Shown: one piece after another, positions 40,660 through 50,704 of the stretch | Layout: each line of letters starts with the position of its first letter | Position numbering within the stretch: position 1 is the first letter of the stretch | Notes under the pieces: generated by a model | Seen by the model: the letters and a program-made list of their open reading frames with translations, nothing else | Told to the model about the DNA's origin: nothing | Databases searched by the model: none | Virus record (IMG/VR): IMGVR_UViG_3300021431_000075 | Coordinates: 480,001-544,000 of that record | Length of the DNA: 64,000 nt | Strand: one strand, 5' to 3' | From: a virus | Taxonomy: Duplodnaviria; Caudoviricetes | Translations under genes and position numbers: made by a program

Positions 40660-41889
40660 TTAGTCATTGCCTTGACTTTCTTCCTTCTTTGCATTGCTTG
40701 CCGAACTTTGCTTATAGAACTGTCCAAGACCGGCAGAAATTGATTCACGAACTTCTTCGATAGGAATAGTCGAAGTTAGACTATTTATGAACTTTTCCGC
40801 AAGACCTTCTTCGTAAACGTTACTGATAGTGTTATAAACTTCAACCGGCGGAAGAGTCAATCCAATTGACATCTTGATTTTGCACTTTTTCTTCTTTGAG
40901 CGAGAAATCATATTATTTATTAAGACATCATCTTCATCAGCATATTCCTGTTTCGGAGAACATTCATATGCAAGTCCGTCTTTTTTCAATAGCAGTTCTT
41001 TGAACTCGTCAATGGTGAACTTGAAATCGTAGTCTCCGAATTTAATTTCAATAGTTTCTGCTTTCCAGTGTTTAGACTGCCAGTCCAAGTCAATAGTCAG
41101 TTCATGTGATATTAAATCTTTCTGGTCTATTGGTTTGCAAGCGATTCCACAAGAGTTGTAATCATGAACATCTGTCACATATGTTAAATGCTCGTTCGGA
41201 ACAAATTCACAACTTGACTGTTGCTGCGGAACTGGCTGTGATGTTTGTTGTGGAACAGGTTGCTGTGTGCTCGGTTTTTGAATAGCAGGAGCCGGAGCTA
41301 CAGGCACTTGGTTGCTTTGCTGATATGCATCAGTAGTAGTCTCGTCGATTTCTGTCAGAATAGGTAGTTCTTCGAAGTTCGTGCTTATGACTTTTGTCTT
41401 AAGCAGATTCTTTCCGGGTTTTCCAAGTTCAAGTTCCGGATGAAGCGAGAGACGATAGTTGTCAAGCGGGTCGTACTCGAATCTTAAAGGAACTTTTGGC
41501 TGGATAAAGTCGATTCTGATTCCTTCTTTCAAATCCTGTGTTATCTGGAGATTCTGACCGCCCATGCCGGACACGTGCACGCCTGGGTCCGGAGCCTCGT
41601 ATACGACTCCGTCGTCTGCTTTCATTTTCTTGGAAGATGCCTTGACTTCATGTCGTTCAAGAGTCCATTTGTATTGTGGACCGTACAGTTCAATCATAAT
41701 TCTTCTGTTCAGCTTCGGATCTGTTTCCTTAACAGTACCAATGAATAGTTCATTGCACTTGCTTCCATCTTCGAAATAGTACAGTGTCATCTCATCGTCA
41801 GAGATGTCGTCTATATATTTCAGTTTCGTGACTTTCTGGTTCACAGTGTCGTTTTCCAAAATCTCAAGATGCTGATAAAACTTTGACAT
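40660..41889 (-). CDS. Hypothetical protein with a Pro/Gln linker
   Basis: 409-aa ORF. Confidence 0.7.
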   Translation of the reverse strand: MSKFYQHLEILENDTVNQKVTKLKYIDDISDDEMTLYYFEDGSKCNELFIGTVKETDPKLNRRIMIELYGPQYKWTLERHEVKASSKKMKADDGVVYEAPDPGVHVSGMGGQNLQITQDLKEGIRIDFIQPKVPLRFEYDPLDNYRLSLHPELELGKPGKNLLKTKVISTNFEELPILTEIDETTTDAYQQSNQVPVAPAPAIQKPSTQQPVPQQTSQPVPQQQSSCEFVPNEHLTYVTDVHDYNSCGIACKPIDQKDLISHELTIDLDWQSKHWKAETIEIKFGDYDFKFTIDEFKELLLKKDGLAYECSPKQEYADEDDVLINNMISRSKKKKCKIKMSIGLTLPPVEVYNTISNVYEEGLAEKFINSLTSTIPIEEVRESISAGLGQFYKQSSASNAKKEESQGND

Positions 41890-41923
41890 ATATAATGTTT
41901 CAATTAGTTTTCAATTTTTCTAT

Positions 41924-42094
41924 TTATTTGTCATCCAGTTCATTCTCGACTTCGATTTCGAAGTCTTCAAAGCCGAGAACCTTGCAGTCATATTCACAGT
42001 TGTCATCCGCTTTATTGTCAGCGTCAAAATGATCATCTTTGCTGTTGTTATTGTGAAATATGTGTATCAAGAAGTTCCAAATTTTTCTAAACAT
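41924..42094 (-). CDS. Small hypothetical protein (MFRKIWNF...)
   Basis: ATG at 42094 within the 70-aa ORF. Confidence 0.5.
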   Translation of the reverse strand: MFRKIWNFLIHIFHNNNSKDDHFDADNKADDNCEYDCKVLGFEDFEIEVENELDDK

Positions 42095-42179
42095 AGTTTG
42101 TCTTTCTTCTGGGGACAGTAGAGAATGCTGAAGCAAAAAGCAATAAGATAAAGACTGTTATTGTATCAAAAATCAAGAA

Positions 42180-42557
42180 TTAATCAGCAGATTCTGTCTG
42201 AATTATCTCTGGTTCTGCTGTTTTCTTGCGTTTCTTTGCGGTCGGTTGCTCTTGTGGGAACTCCGGTGCCATCATGTTTACTTTGTTCGCGCCGATGGAC
42301 GATGATATTGACTTTATGCCCATCAGACCGGCTGAAATTCCGAACACTGTGATGATCTTGTCAATGAACAGGAGAATCACTGCCGACTCCTTGACATTGA
42401 ACATATAGAAAATCACAAGAACAACAAACAGCATCATGCATACAAGCGATGAAATGAGACCGATAGTCTTTGTGGAACTTGTCTTTCCGCTGTTGTTCAG
42501 GAATATCTCAACCAGAGAGAATTTTGTTGCATCATATGGCATGGCAAAAGTCATCAT
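42180..42557 (-). CDS. Two-TM membrane protein, holin-like candidate
   Basis: N..GKTSS.K motif followed by two hydrophobic helices and a charged tail; TGATAAATA at 42564-42572. Confidence 0.55.
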   Translation of the reverse strand: MMTFAMPYDATKFSLVEIFLNNSGKTSSTKTIGLISSLVCMMLFVVLVIFYMFNVKESAVILLFIDKIITVFGISAGLMGIKSISSSIGANKVNMMAPEFPQEQPTAKKRKKTAEPEIIQTESAD

Positions 42558-42562
42558 TTTCT

Positions 42563-42724
42563 CTATTTATCAATAGAAGGAACCAAAATGCGGATTATAG
42601 TGAATAAATGCTTCTTTAACTTGACAAATTTTATATATGCTTTTGGATGAAATGTCTTGATTTCATAAATCCACAAGTCGAATGACTGTGGAATGCTGAA
42701 GCCTTTCAATATGTATTTTATCAT
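42563..42724 (-). CDS. Unannotated 53-aa ORF (MIKYILKGFSIPQSFDLW...)
   Basis: Read manually; starts 28 nt downstream of the class-II promoter. Confidence 0.4.
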   Translation of the reverse strand: MIKYILKGFSIPQSFDLWIYEIKTFHPKAYIKFVKLKKHLFTIIRILVPSIDK

Positions 42725-42751
42725 CGCTTTTTTGCTAAAAACTCTTTTGAA

Positions 42752-42782
42752 AGTATACTATATAATGTACAAATAGTTTAAA
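42752..42782 (-). promoter_or_regulatory. Phage class-II promoter TTTAAAC-N18-TATACT
   Basis: Exact motif and spacing. Confidence 0.72.
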
Positions 42783-42930
42783 AAGAGATATGGGTACTCT
42801 CGCGAGCACCCATACCAGAAAGAAAAATTGAAACTAATTGAAAAACGAGCAAAATCGTTTTTTCAAAGTTTCTTTTAATTTGCAAGATTCTGAAGTTTTT
42901 GATTTCAGAATCTTGCGTGCAGGTTAAGGA

Positions 42931-44529
42931 TTAGAGGTCCTTGAATATCTCATCCGGGTCGAAGTCGAAGTCATCTGGATTTTCATCGTCAGATGACTTT
43001 TCTCCATCTCCGTCTCCGTCGTCTTCATTTGATTCATCGCCATCTTCTACAATTTCACCGATGTTCTGTGTGAACTCCTCTTCTGTCACGCCCCACTTGT
43101 CTATGAGAACTTCTTTGAACTTAGGAAGCTCGTCTGTGTCTGTGAGGGTGAGCTTGTATGAACCGTCTGCATCTTCTTCGCTGCTGTCATCAGACTGTTC
43201 TTCATCTTCATCAGAAGTTTCTTCTTCATCGTCGTCTTCATAAAGGCGGTTCTTGTACTTGCGACCGAAAGACTCTTCTGTCTTCTTTTCTTGTTCTTCT
43301 TCACCTTCTTCTTCCTTGTCAGAAGTTTCTTCCTCATTGTCTTCTTCTGATTCTTCATCTTCAACAGGAGAAATCTCGATAACATCTTCTGGAATGCCTG
43401 CTTCGATGCAGTCGCTCTTAAGATCCTCTGCATCTTCCTTGCTTGCAAGAGTGATTACGATAGAACCGAGTTCCTCGACTGTATCTTCGTCAGGGTTCTC
43501 GTCAGATGACTTGTCATCGTCGCCTTCTTCTGGTTTTTCTTCTGAATCTTTATCCTTGTTTTCTTCTTCATTATCATCAGTCTGGAAGTCGCTTGGATTC
43601 AGACTCTTGAAATCAAACTTGTCGTCTGCTTCGTCATCCTTATGTTCATCGTCTTCCCTGAGAGCAAGTGCTTTTCTGTATGAAATCTCCTCATCAAGAA
43701 TCTTACGAATCTTGTTCTTCTTGTCAAGCTGTTCATGGAGCTTCTTAACACCGTCTGCCTCATTGAGACCAGCGATTTCTTTCTGTATCTTTGCAATCTG
43801 GTTAGTGAGTTTTTCAAGAAGAACTTCAAGTTCGTTTGTTGTGTATTCAACGATTGCCTTGTTATTAATCTTAACATCTGGATAGATGGACTTCTTTCCA
43901 GCCTTAAGGGACTCGCACACGAGCTTGTATGTCTTTGGACCGAGCTTGCTCTTGATATAAGACTGCTTTGCCTTTAGCATCGCGCGACGTGCGACACTCT
44001 CAGAAAGTCTATTTCCTGTCATATTGTCAATGACATCATTGAGAGTAACATTCTTGTTGTTTGGCTTGCGGTAGTTGCCGTGAAGCGCTTCATAGAGATT
44101 GACAAGATTGCCGCTGTTCTTCTTTGCTGCCGGACGCTTCTTGCTTTCATTTACACGTCTTGCAGCGGGCTTGCGTTGAATCTGCTTTCTCTCGTTCATA
44201 GTGCTTCTGCTTACTGGAGCAGTTCTCTTCTTTGGACAGCAACTTCTTTTCTTTTCGAACAAGTCGATTTCATTGGCATAATCAATGTCATCATCGACTA
44301 TGTATCTGTTCACATCAACATCAGCAACGACTTCAAATGCTTCTTCGATGTCTTCATAATCAATATCACCACTAACGACCATAATGAGGTCATTGTTATC
44401 TTCTTTGTAACCAGCTACATTCGCGCCGGCATCAATAAGAAAGTTTTTTATGTCCTGAATTCTAACAGATGGATTGATGTCAGTCTTCAGAAGTGTAATA
44501 TTAATATTTACAGGTGCGCTAATTTTCAT
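42931..44529 (-). CDS. Highly acidic protein with multiple x-x-E processing-like motifs (prohead core/internal protein candidate)
   Basis: LFE, MNE, VNES, LYE, LSES, LNE, LRE, LYE motifs; D/E-rich C-terminal half; TGATAAATA at 44561-44569. Confidence 0.6.
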   Translation of the reverse strand: MKISAPVNINITLLKTDINPSVRIQDIKNFLIDAGANVAGYKEDNNDLIMVVSGDIDYEDIEEAFEVVADVDVNRYIVDDDIDYANEIDLFEKKRSCCPKKRTAPVSRSTMNERKQIQRKPAARRVNESKKRPAAKKNSGNLVNLYEALHGNYRKPNNKNVTLNDVIDNMTGNRLSESVARRAMLKAKQSYIKSKLGPKTYKLVCESLKAGKKSIYPDVKINNKAIVEYTTNELEVLLEKLTNQIAKIQKEIAGLNEADGVKKLHEQLDKKNKIRKILDEEISYRKALALREDDEHKDDEADDKFDFKSLNPSDFQTDDNEEENKDKDSEEKPEEGDDDKSSDENPDEDTVEELGSIVITLASKEDAEDLKSDCIEAGIPEDVIEISPVEDEESEEDNEEETSDKEEEGEEEQEKKTEESFGRKYKNRLYEDDDEEETSDEDEEQSDDSSEEDADGSYKLTLTDTDELPKFKEVLIDKWGVTEEEFTQNIGEIVEDGDESNEDDGDGDGEKSSDDENPDDFDFDPDEIFKDL

Positions 44530-44693
44530 TTTTCAAAACCACTAAATATTTTATATATTGTATTTATCATTATTGAATTGCCATATTTTCTTGAATTGTT
44601 TGCAGTTATGGAATGTAATGTTTGCATGATAGACAAAAAAGAAAGCATCCTGTTGATTGGATGCTTTCTTCTGTGAATCTATATGAGTTCTTA

Positions 44694-47195
44694 TTAAACC
44701 TCGGCTGTGTCGATTGGAATGATATGTTGAGGCTTTACACCATATTTAACAAGTTCTTTAACTTTTCCATCAAGACTATCCTTAGTATTCAGTACGATGA
44801 CAAAGAACTTTTGACTTAGTACTTTCTTCGGAAGATTGGCAAGTTGAGAAATGTTATCTTCAGCATCAGTCATTAGAATCAATAGAGTATGCTTGTCTTT
44901 GTAATACTCTTTTAGACTTCTGACATGCTCAACAGATCTTACAATATCTGTACCGCCACCAGGGTCTTTGTCTTTGTTGTATATTATTTTGGACTTCTTT
45001 AATGAATCAGGATCTTTCTTTTCCCAAGTTCTGACTCTTGATTCAAAAATGTCTGTTGAGAAGTATGTCAATGCACTGTTCTGAATCTTGATTTCTTTTT
45101 GTTTTTCAAGATTGAATATTTCTACGAACACTCTTGCAAGAACTTCAGAACTTATTGAACCGGATGCGTCTATAAGATAGAATACATCTGCAAAATTATA
45201 TCTCGGTTCTATTCTATTCTTTTCCTTAGCATTAACAAGACGGTCTCCACGCCAAGTAGAAGATAATCTTGGCTTTTTGATAGTTTTGTATATCTTTGGA
45301 TCAAGACCTGCTTCTTTCAGACAATTCTTTAAGAGTTTCTTCCAGTTGATGACCGGTTCCACTTTGAGGAGTTCTTGAATTTCTCTGATTCTTCTGGCCA
45401 ACGGACTGTCTTTTCCGCCCAATGAAGATAATTCATCTGCGTTGGCATCAAACAATCTACAAGCGTCTTCAATAGGATCTTTTAATTTTTCCTTTTTGCC
45501 GTATTGCTTCCTTTCCTCTTTGAAAATCTTCATTCCCTCTTCTTTCGAAATCATATCACCTCCAAGAGAAGAACCGCAATTAACATCGTATTTTTGTTGG
45601 GCATTTACTGCGTCAATGTTACTATTCCATACATCATCTCTGCCGCCGATTATCATTTCTTTTCCAACGCCTTTCGATGAACTATTGTTTTGTGATGGAT
45701 TTCCTCCACCCTCTTGACCGGGTTGAACGCCACCGTTAGTACTGCCTTGGTTTCCGCCTTGCTGACCACCTTGGTTTCCGCCTTGCTGACCACCTTGGTT
45801 GCCACCCTGCTGACCACCTTGGTTGCCGCCCTGCTGACCACCTTGGTTGCCACCCTGCTGACTACCTTGGTTGCCACCCTGCTGTCCGCCTTGGTTTCCG
45901 CCTTGCTGACCACCCTGCTGACCACCTTGCTGTCCACCTTGCTGTCCACCTTGCTGACCGCCTTGCTGACCGCCTTGGTTTCCGCCTTGCTGACCACCCT
46001 GCTGACCGCCTTGCTGACCGCCTTGCTGACCACCTTGGTTTCCACCTTGCTGACCGCTTTGCTGACCTCCTTGCTGTCCGCCTTGCTGACCGCTTTGTTG
46101 ACCTCCTTGCTGTCCGCCTTGCTGACCGCCTTGCTGACCGCCTTGCTGACCGCCTTGCTGACCGCCTTGCTGTCCGCCTTGCTGACCGCCTTGCTGTCCG
46201 CCTTGGTTGCCTTGGTTTCCTTGCTGTCCGTCTTGGTTTCCACCTTGCTGCCCACCTTGGTTTCCACCCTGCTGTCCACCTTGCTGACCGCCTTGCTGAC
46301 CACCCTGCTGACCGCCTTGCTGACCACCCTGCTGACCGCCTTGCTGACCGCCTTGCTGACCGCCTTGCTGACCGCCTTGCTGTCCGCCTTGGTTGCCTTG
46401 GTTTCCTTGCTGTCCGTCTTGGTTTCCACCTTGCTGACCATCTTGCTGAATATCATTGGTAAGTGACTGTGGTGGTATCTTGCTCAACACATCATTCATT
46501 TCCGGTAACAGAATATCATATATGTCTTCGCATACTCTTAAACCGAATCTGCTGTTTTTTCCATCTTTTGTGTAGCATCCACCGATAGTTTCTGTACATC
46601 CGTCGAATTCAGGAAACTGTGTCTCGATATCTCTGTTAATTTCTTCATCACCGGCAACGTTCATTAAGAAGAACTTGTTCTGATTGGTTGTGATAGAATT
46701 ATCATGTTTGATTCCTCGTTCCAAGTGTCTGTATATCTTATGATAACACTCATGAATAAGAACAAATAATAGATAACGATGTGTATAGAATACTACATCT
46801 TTTTTCCACTGGTCTCTCTTTTCTTTTGAATCATTACTGGATGGTCTATTTTTTGCAAGATCGTTGAGTTTTGTTCCTGCTTTTTCATCTTCACCGCCAG
46901 CAATACTAAACAATTTAATAGCAAATGACGGATTAAAGTATATATAGAATCCATCAGTTGCTGCAGTATCCACACGATATGTCCAAATGACATCTGTGTA
47001 AAATTTACCTATAGATGCATATTTTGAACTTGATGACTTAAGATGCTCATCGAATATTGCAGTGAATTGCTCAATGATACGATTGATGTCAACTGTACGT
47101 TCTTCAATACTGCCATCATCATTGTGAGTTCTCAATACAATGTCACCATTTTCTGCTGATTGTCTGATAACTTCATCAGTTGTTATTTCGCTCAT
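44694..47195 (-). CDS. DUF2201-like metallopeptidase plus VWA domain protein with a long (GGQQ)n linker
   Basis: TAATDG..IYFNP.F, HECYH (HExxH), N.A.D.EIN; MIDAS DASGS, GGGTD, MTD. Confidence 0.85.
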   Translation of the reverse strand: MSEITTDEVIRQSAENGDIVLRTHNDDGSIEERTVDINRIIEQFTAIFDEHLKSSSSKYASIGKFYTDVIWTYRVDTAATDGFYIYFNPSFAIKLFSIAGGEDEKAGTKLNDLAKNRPSSNDSKEKRDQWKKDVVFYTHRYLLFVLIHECYHKIYRHLERGIKHDNSITTNQNKFFLMNVAGDEEINRDIETQFPEFDGCTETIGGCYTKDGKNSRFGLRVCEDIYDILLPEMNDVLSKIPPQSLTNDIQQDGQQGGNQDGQQGNQGNQGGQQGGQQGGQQGGQQGGQQGGQQGGQQGGQQGGQQGGQQGGNQGGQQGGNQDGQQGNQGNQGGQQGGQQGGQQGGQQGGQQGGQQGGQQGGQQGGQQSGQQGGQQGGQQSGQQGGNQGGQQGGQQGGQQGGQQGGNQGGQQGGQQGGQQGGQQGGQQGGQQGGNQGGQQGGNQGSQQGGNQGGQQGGNQGGQQGGNQGGQQGGNQGGQQGGNQGSTNGGVQPGQEGGGNPSQNNSSSKGVGKEMIIGGRDDVWNSNIDAVNAQQKYDVNCGSSLGGDMISKEEGMKIFKEERKQYGKKEKLKDPIEDACRLFDANADELSSLGGKDSPLARRIREIQELLKVEPVINWKKLLKNCLKEAGLDPKIYKTIKKPRLSSTWRGDRLVNAKEKNRIEPRYNFADVFYLIDASGSISSEVLARVFVEIFNLEKQKEIKIQNSALTYFSTDIFESRVRTWEKKDPDSLKKSKIIYNKDKDPGGGTDIVRSVEHVRSLKEYYKDKHTLLILMTDAEDNISQLANLPKKVLSQKFFVIVLNTKDSLDGKVKELVKYGVKPQHIIPIDTAEV
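45740..46445. repeat. ~12-bp coding tandem repeat (GGQQ/GGNQ)
   Basis: Dozens of ccttgctgaccg/ccttggtttccg units; includes a higher-order duplication of the GGNQDGQQGNQGNQ block. Confidence 0.95.
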
Positions 47196-47230
47196 AATTT
47201 TGATTTTTGTAATTTGTTATTTTTCTGTTG

Positions 47231-47238
47231 CAAAGATA
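47231..47238 (-). promoter_or_regulatory. Bacteroidota sigma-A -7 element (TATCTTTG)
   Basis: 36 nt upstream of the VWA gene, downstream of a terminator-like hairpin at about 47285-47322. Confidence 0.6.
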
Positions 47239-47337
47239 CAAAGATTGATTGATATAAACAATATTATTAATCCTAAAAAATACTAAAATGCCAGTCATTT
47301 ACCAAAAAACAACTGGCATTTTCAAAATATTTAATTA

Positions 47338-50300
47338 TTATTTACCAAGACCTTTGTTGTTAATAGTATTGTAAGCGCCTTCAACAAGATATTTCAACAT
47401 CTTGAATAATGCAATACAACTAATGAAATTAGCATTGTCTTTGTCCATATTCTTAAGATTAGCAAAACTTCCATTGATTAAGTTGAAGTCAATAGTAGTC
47501 TTTGTTTCTTTATCGACGACTTTCTTCTTAAGGTCTATCTTTGCATACTTGGTAATATAAGATGTCAGACTTGTGCTGTCATCGTCATTCTTGCTATACT
47601 TGAACTGACCAATCAAGTCATTGGACAATGTGAGAATTTGTGACTTAATCAAATACTTGACAACATTTACCATGTACTTATAGAACTTCACCTTATCATA
47701 CATGACACAAATCACAGCCTTGATGTGATAGTCGAACTTCTCAGGATTCAAAAGAACATTATTTGTTACTGTCTTAACATTATCCTTGTTGTATGACAAT
47801 GTAACTATCTCTTTGAACTTATTGTCAATCTTTCCAATAGCAGATTCTTTCAGTTTGAATGTTGTTGGTTCATAATCACTTCCGAAGTATTCAGCAAAGA
47901 TTTTTCCAAATGGACTCAAACGCTTAGAACCGTCAGGGATGACAGTCAATGCACGAAGCATCTTTTCAAATATGTTCTTGCTGTTTGGTGTTCCGGAACT
48001 TGCTGTCTTGCTATCTTGAAGTTCTCTGAACGTACGAACGCCTTGCAAGTACTTAATCATCTCTTCAAAATCTCCTTGAGCATTCTGGTTAGGATAATTC
48101 TCCAACAAATATCTGAATACAAGTTCAGTCTTGATTCTTTCACCCTTCCAAGAAGAACCGGTTACTGTCTGACCGGAGTCTGGAGCAGTCATACTCTTTG
48201 TAGGAGAAGATATGTTATCTTTGAACAATTTGTCTTTGTTTACATAGCATCCTGTTGTATAGATGTCTAATATGTCTTGTGGTTCAAATTCCTTGTAGAA
48301 ATCATAGAACTTCTGCATATCTGTAATTTCATTGTCTCCGTGGTTGTCAGTAGGTTCAACTGTCCATACTTGTGAAATGATTTCATAAAGTATGTTTTCA
48401 AGAGCAGTTTCAATAGTTCCCGGATTATATTCAGTAAGTTCTTCATAGAACTTTCCTGCTTTTTCTTTGTAGAACTTATTGAATTTTTCTTCAGGAATTT
48501 TAGAAACAATGGTTGCAAATGCTTTATTGTTTAATAAGGTTCTGCCTTCTGTATCAGTTGTAGCGAAATCTGTAAGTTCATAAGGTCTTTCATCTTCATC
48601 TACATAACCATCTTTATAACGTAATTTTGATTTTCGTGTTATTCCATAATTTGATAATATCATCAATAATGGCAATAATACATCATCAATATACCGTTTC
48701 GTAGCATTTTCATGAGTACGAGGGTTTATACTCTTATAGTTACCTTTCGTTACACTACCGGCTTCTGGTGCCAAGATATCTTCTCTTGTTACTGCTTCGA
48801 TTCCCCTGTTGCTATTAGCAGACTGACCTATAACGAAACCTTGACCTTCACCCTTAATTCTTTTACTAATAGCTTCAAAGTCGATGTTTGCTGCTTTGCC
48901 TTCGCGGTCATAACCGCCATTATCAATAGTAGGATACCATACTGCATCACCCGCAATTGCTTCAATATAGTCTACAATCATTGGCAATATGTTTGGCAAA
49001 CCAGTTTCAGTATTTACTTGTTTTGCCCATTTTAACCAGTCGCTCTTCTTTGGTACGAAATGGATGATAGTAAAACGGTTAGAAATTGCAGGCTGTTCGA
49101 ATTCTTTGAATGACATTTTTGCTTCTTCTGCTTCTCCTGCAACATCAATTTCTCGGTTTGATGCAGTAACAACAGCCCAAGATTTTGCAAGTCTTAACGA
49201 GCCAATAGTTTTTGCACAAATACCCATGAACAAAGGAAGTGCAGATGGAGCACAACGAAGCAATTCGTCCAAGAAAAGAATACCACCCTGATAATCCTCT
49301 GCCTTTTCTATATTCCAATATGTCGTGTTATTTATAAATTCTTTTTCATCAAAGTTTTGTTTCAATGCATCCATTGCCGTCTGGTCTTTTGTTCTATGAA
49401 GACATCTTGCAAATAATAATTCATTTTTATAGTTCTCTGTATTATCAGAACTAAAATTATAAGCAGGAAGCCAAGACAATGCTGCTTCTTCAACACGTTT
49501 CAAATCTGTGAATGAGTCGTCCGGAATTGGAATCCTAACACTATCGCTTTCCAGTTTACCACAGTCAACATATTGAATATCCATGTTTATTGCCAGTTCT
49601 GGATCGTTTCTGAAATCGTTAACCAATTGCTTTACGATTTGGGTTTTTCCGACACCCGGAGCGCCAAAAATTAACGGAACAAAACCCGGATTTGGAGTTG
49701 AGAGAATAAGTTTTTCTTTTGTCTGTTTTGCTGCTTCTAAGTTTTGAGAAACTTCTTTTAATTTCTTTTCCTTGCGTTCTATATATTTCTTAAGATTTTC
49801 TGCTTTTTCTCCGGTTGCTTTCTCTAAATCATTTTTAAAATTTTGAATATCGTTGTTTAATGAATTTATTTTTAATGTATAATTGTAAATATTATTATTG
49901 GTATATTTAATACGATTAAAATCAATCTGGCTTTGTACCAAGCCCTTGACAGTTGATACTAATTCTGTAGCATCGCATATTGAACCGGAGTAATACTTTC
50001 CTGTATCTTCATTTTGTGGCGCATACAAAGTCATCGGAGCTTCCTCGTTCAAGCGATGAGAGTTATAAAACGTGCGATTGACATAACTTATTGATTCTTC
50101 AACAGTTTTGTCAGTCGTGCCGGCAACATTCATAACACGCTTCCAGTATCTCTCGATTTGAGGAATTTCATATCTTGCAGCCACTGCGTCAATTGCTTGC
50201 TCAATGTTAGGTCTCTTGATATTGATTCCGTTTTCATTGGCTATGTTTATATTATCATCAGATGAATAAAATGTAACGCCTTCTGGCATCTCGCCACGAG

Positions 50301-50661
50301 ACTGAAGAATGGCAAGATTGATTGGGTTGCAGAAAGAGTTTGCATTAAATTCGCCATTTTGTGAACTGATTGCAATGAAACCTTTCACTTTCTTCATCAC
50401 TACCTGAAAAGCATCTTTCACCTTTCTTCCGATAGACTTAATGGCATCAATAAAACCCTCGTTGATGTATATGTCACTCATCGGGATTCCTCTCTCGATT
50501 CGACCGTTCGTAAATTTGATTGTACATGTCTCTGCATTCTCGTTGATGTTAAGGAGTTTACCGCCAATCTTGTACTGGACGTCGTCCATAACATGGAGAA
50601 TCGTAACAGGAATGTTTAGATTTTTATTATTTCTCATTTTTACAATAAGTATTTTATCCAT
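47338..50661 (-). CDS. Large MoxR-like AAA+ ATPase
   Basis: Walker A GAPGVGKT, Walker B ILFLDEL.R, sensor VTASNR, PAISNRF, NPRT; adjacent to the DUF2201/VWA gene. Confidence 0.85.
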   Translation of the reverse strand: MDKILIVKMRNNKNLNIPVTILHVMDDVQYKIGGKLLNINENAETCTIKFTNGRIERGIPMSDIYINEGFIDAIKSIGRKVKDAFQVVMKKVKGFIAISSQNGEFNANSFCNPINLAILQSRGEMPEGVTFYSSDDNINIANENGINIKRPNIEQAIDAVAARYEIPQIERYWKRVMNVAGTTDKTVEESISYVNRTFYNSHRLNEEAPMTLYAPQNEDTGKYYSGSICDATELVSTVKGLVQSQIDFNRIKYTNNNIYNYTLKINSLNNDIQNFKNDLEKATGEKAENLKKYIERKEKKLKEVSQNLEAAKQTKEKLILSTPNPGFVPLIFGAPGVGKTQIVKQLVNDFRNDPELAINMDIQYVDCGKLESDSVRIPIPDDSFTDLKRVEEAALSWLPAYNFSSDNTENYKNELLFARCLHRTKDQTAMDALKQNFDEKEFINNTTYWNIEKAEDYQGGILFLDELLRCAPSALPLFMGICAKTIGSLRLAKSWAVVTASNREIDVAGEAEEAKMSFKEFEQPAISNRFTIIHFVPKKSDWLKWAKQVNTETGLPNILPMIVDYIEAIAGDAVWYPTIDNGGYDREGKAANIDFEAISKRIKGEGQGFVIGQSANSNRGIEAVTREDILAPEAGSVTKGNYKSINPRTHENATKRYIDDVLLPLLMILSNYGITRKSKLRYKDGYVDEDERPYELTDFATTDTEGRTLLNNKAFATIVSKIPEEKFNKFYKEKAGKFYEELTEYNPGTIETALENILYEIISQVWTVEPTDNHGDNEITDMQKFYDFYKEFEPQDILDIYTTGCYVNKDKLFKDNISSPTKSMTAPDSGQTVTGSSWKGERIKTELVFRYLLENYPNQNAQGDFEEMIKYLQGVRTFRELQDSKTASSGTPNSKNIFEKMLRALTVIPDGSKRLSPFGKIFAEYFGSDYEPTTFKLKESAIGKIDNKFKEIVTLSYNKDNVKTVTNNVLLNPEKFDYHIKAVICVMYDKVKFYKYMVNVVKYLIKSQILTLSNDLIGQFKYSKNDDDSTSLTSYITKYAKIDLKKKVVDKETKTTIDFNLINGSFANLKNMDKDNANFISCIALFKMLKYLVEGAYNTINNKGLGK

Positions 50662-50704
50662 TTAATTATTTATTTTCCAAAAAAGAAATGCATAATCGGT
50701 TTGA

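Noticed and set aside
42941-43885. Ser-rich plus-strand ORFs
   Set aside because: Antisense shadows of the D/E-rich gene 42931-44529.
45740-46445. Possible CRISPR array
   Set aside because: Contiguous 12-bp coding repeats with no unique spacers; no repeat-spacer array was seen anywhere in the window.
45653-46466. 267-aa and 250-aa ORFs (SKAV/LLTA repeats)
   Set aside because: Alternative-frame and antisense shadows of the GGQQ minisatellite.
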